From IMG/VR virus record IMGVR_UViG_2695420569_000030: DNA of 27,360 bases; one strand, 5' to 3'. Source of the stretch: a virus. Taxonomy: Duplodnaviria > Heunggongvirae > Uroviricota > Caudoviricetes. The position numbers and the translations under genes are program-made. Under the pieces are notes generated by a model. The model made no database searches and was not told the DNA's origin. It was given only the letters and a program-made list of their open reading frames with translations. Positions 26,811 to 27,360 of this stretch are shown here, piece by piece (within the stretch, counting starts at the first letter, position 1; every line of letters starts with the position of its first letter).

Positions 26811-27086
26811 AACTGGGTTATGTTACCTGGAGGAATGATAATTCAGCGTGTTTATCTTGGATTTCCTGTCGGCACCAATGTAAGACACATAACTTTCCCC
26901 CGGTCGTTTACAACAACGAACTATTCCATCTCAATTAACTGGAATGATATCGGTACTGTAACAACTGAAACACAATCGCCAGCAAATGTGGCGGTTGTTC
27001 ATCAAACAAAATCATTAACAGGGGCCAGCATCTGGCAGGCAGGTCCCGGGGGATTTAATGTGGACATTATAGCGGTGGGGTATTGA
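26791..27086 (+). CDS. Promoterless tail-fibre C-terminal variable cassette
   Basis: The reading frame through the hix-like site encodes GFGEGA, then a C-terminal fibre-like segment ending at 27086, followed directly by a tfa gene. There is no credible start of its own; it would be expressed only after fusion to a fibre constant region. Confidence 0.4.
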
Positions 27087-27087
27087 T

Positions 27088-27360
27088 ATGTACGTATGGA
27101 GCGCTAAATCAAATGGCTTTTTCCCCATATCGGAGAAAGAAAAATTTGAGGCATCAGGTCTGTGGCCTGATGATGGTGTAATAGTCAGTGAGGAAGAACA
27201 TAAAAAGTTATTTATGGATATTCCACCAGGAAAACAGATTGGAACACTGAATGGAAAACCAGTACTGATAGATATTCCTCAGCCGACCAAAAAGGAATTA
27301 ATAGCTATTGCTGAAGTTAAAAAATCCCAATTACGGGAAAAAGCTGACAGTGAAATATCC
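27088..27360 (+). CDS. Tail-fibre assembly chaperone (Tfa), 5' partial, continues past the window end
   Basis: MYVWSAKSNGFFP...VIVSEEEHKKLF...GKPVLIDIPQPTKKELIA matches the caudoviral tail-fibre assembly-protein N-terminal pattern. The frame is open to the window end. Confidence 0.7.
   Translation, partial: MYVWSAKSNGFFPISEKEKFEASGLWPDDGVIVSEEEHKKLFMDIPPGKQIGTLNGKPVLIDIPQPTKKELIAIAEVKKSQLREKADSEIS

Noticed and set aside
1-27360. CRISPR arrays, tRNA or rRNA genes, insertion sequences
   Set aside because: No regularly spaced direct repeats, no tRNA-like structures and no transposase-like ORFs were seen. The only recombinases are the phage integrase and the tail-fibre invertase.

Overview
This window is most of a P2/186-family temperate prophage of an enterobacterial host, running from the integrase end through the early region and head, lysis and tail genes to the tail-fibre region. 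The layout is: integrase, a small secreted ORF and a 186-like CI repressor (minus strand); then apl/cox-like, cII-like, several small early ORFs, a TraR/DksA zinc-finger protein, a Dam methyltransferase and replication gene A (plus strand); then a LexA-box-controlled tum-like/DinI pair. An accessory island (about 8.2-13.4 kb, visibly AT-richer than the backbone) follows, carrying (i) a SIR2-like + HerA-like ATPase operon, a recognised anti-phage system type, and (ii) a HipA-family kinase translationally coupled to a partner with a HipA-N-terminal-like domain fused to a HIRAN-like domain. The second module is my best candidate for a poorly characterised or undescribed defence/toxin system. The two modules flank a candidate cos site. 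Downstream are the late genes Q, P, O, N, M, L, X, holin, SAR-endolysin, LysA/B/C, R, S, V, W, J, I and H, followed by a Pin/Gin-type invertase with hix-like sites and tail-fibre cassettes in an unusual, possibly decayed, arrangement. All calls rest on motif and architecture recognition by eye; no database search was run. CDS coordinates are anchored to the supplied ORF track, with starts moved only in-frame; hand-located motifs may be off by 1-2 nt.
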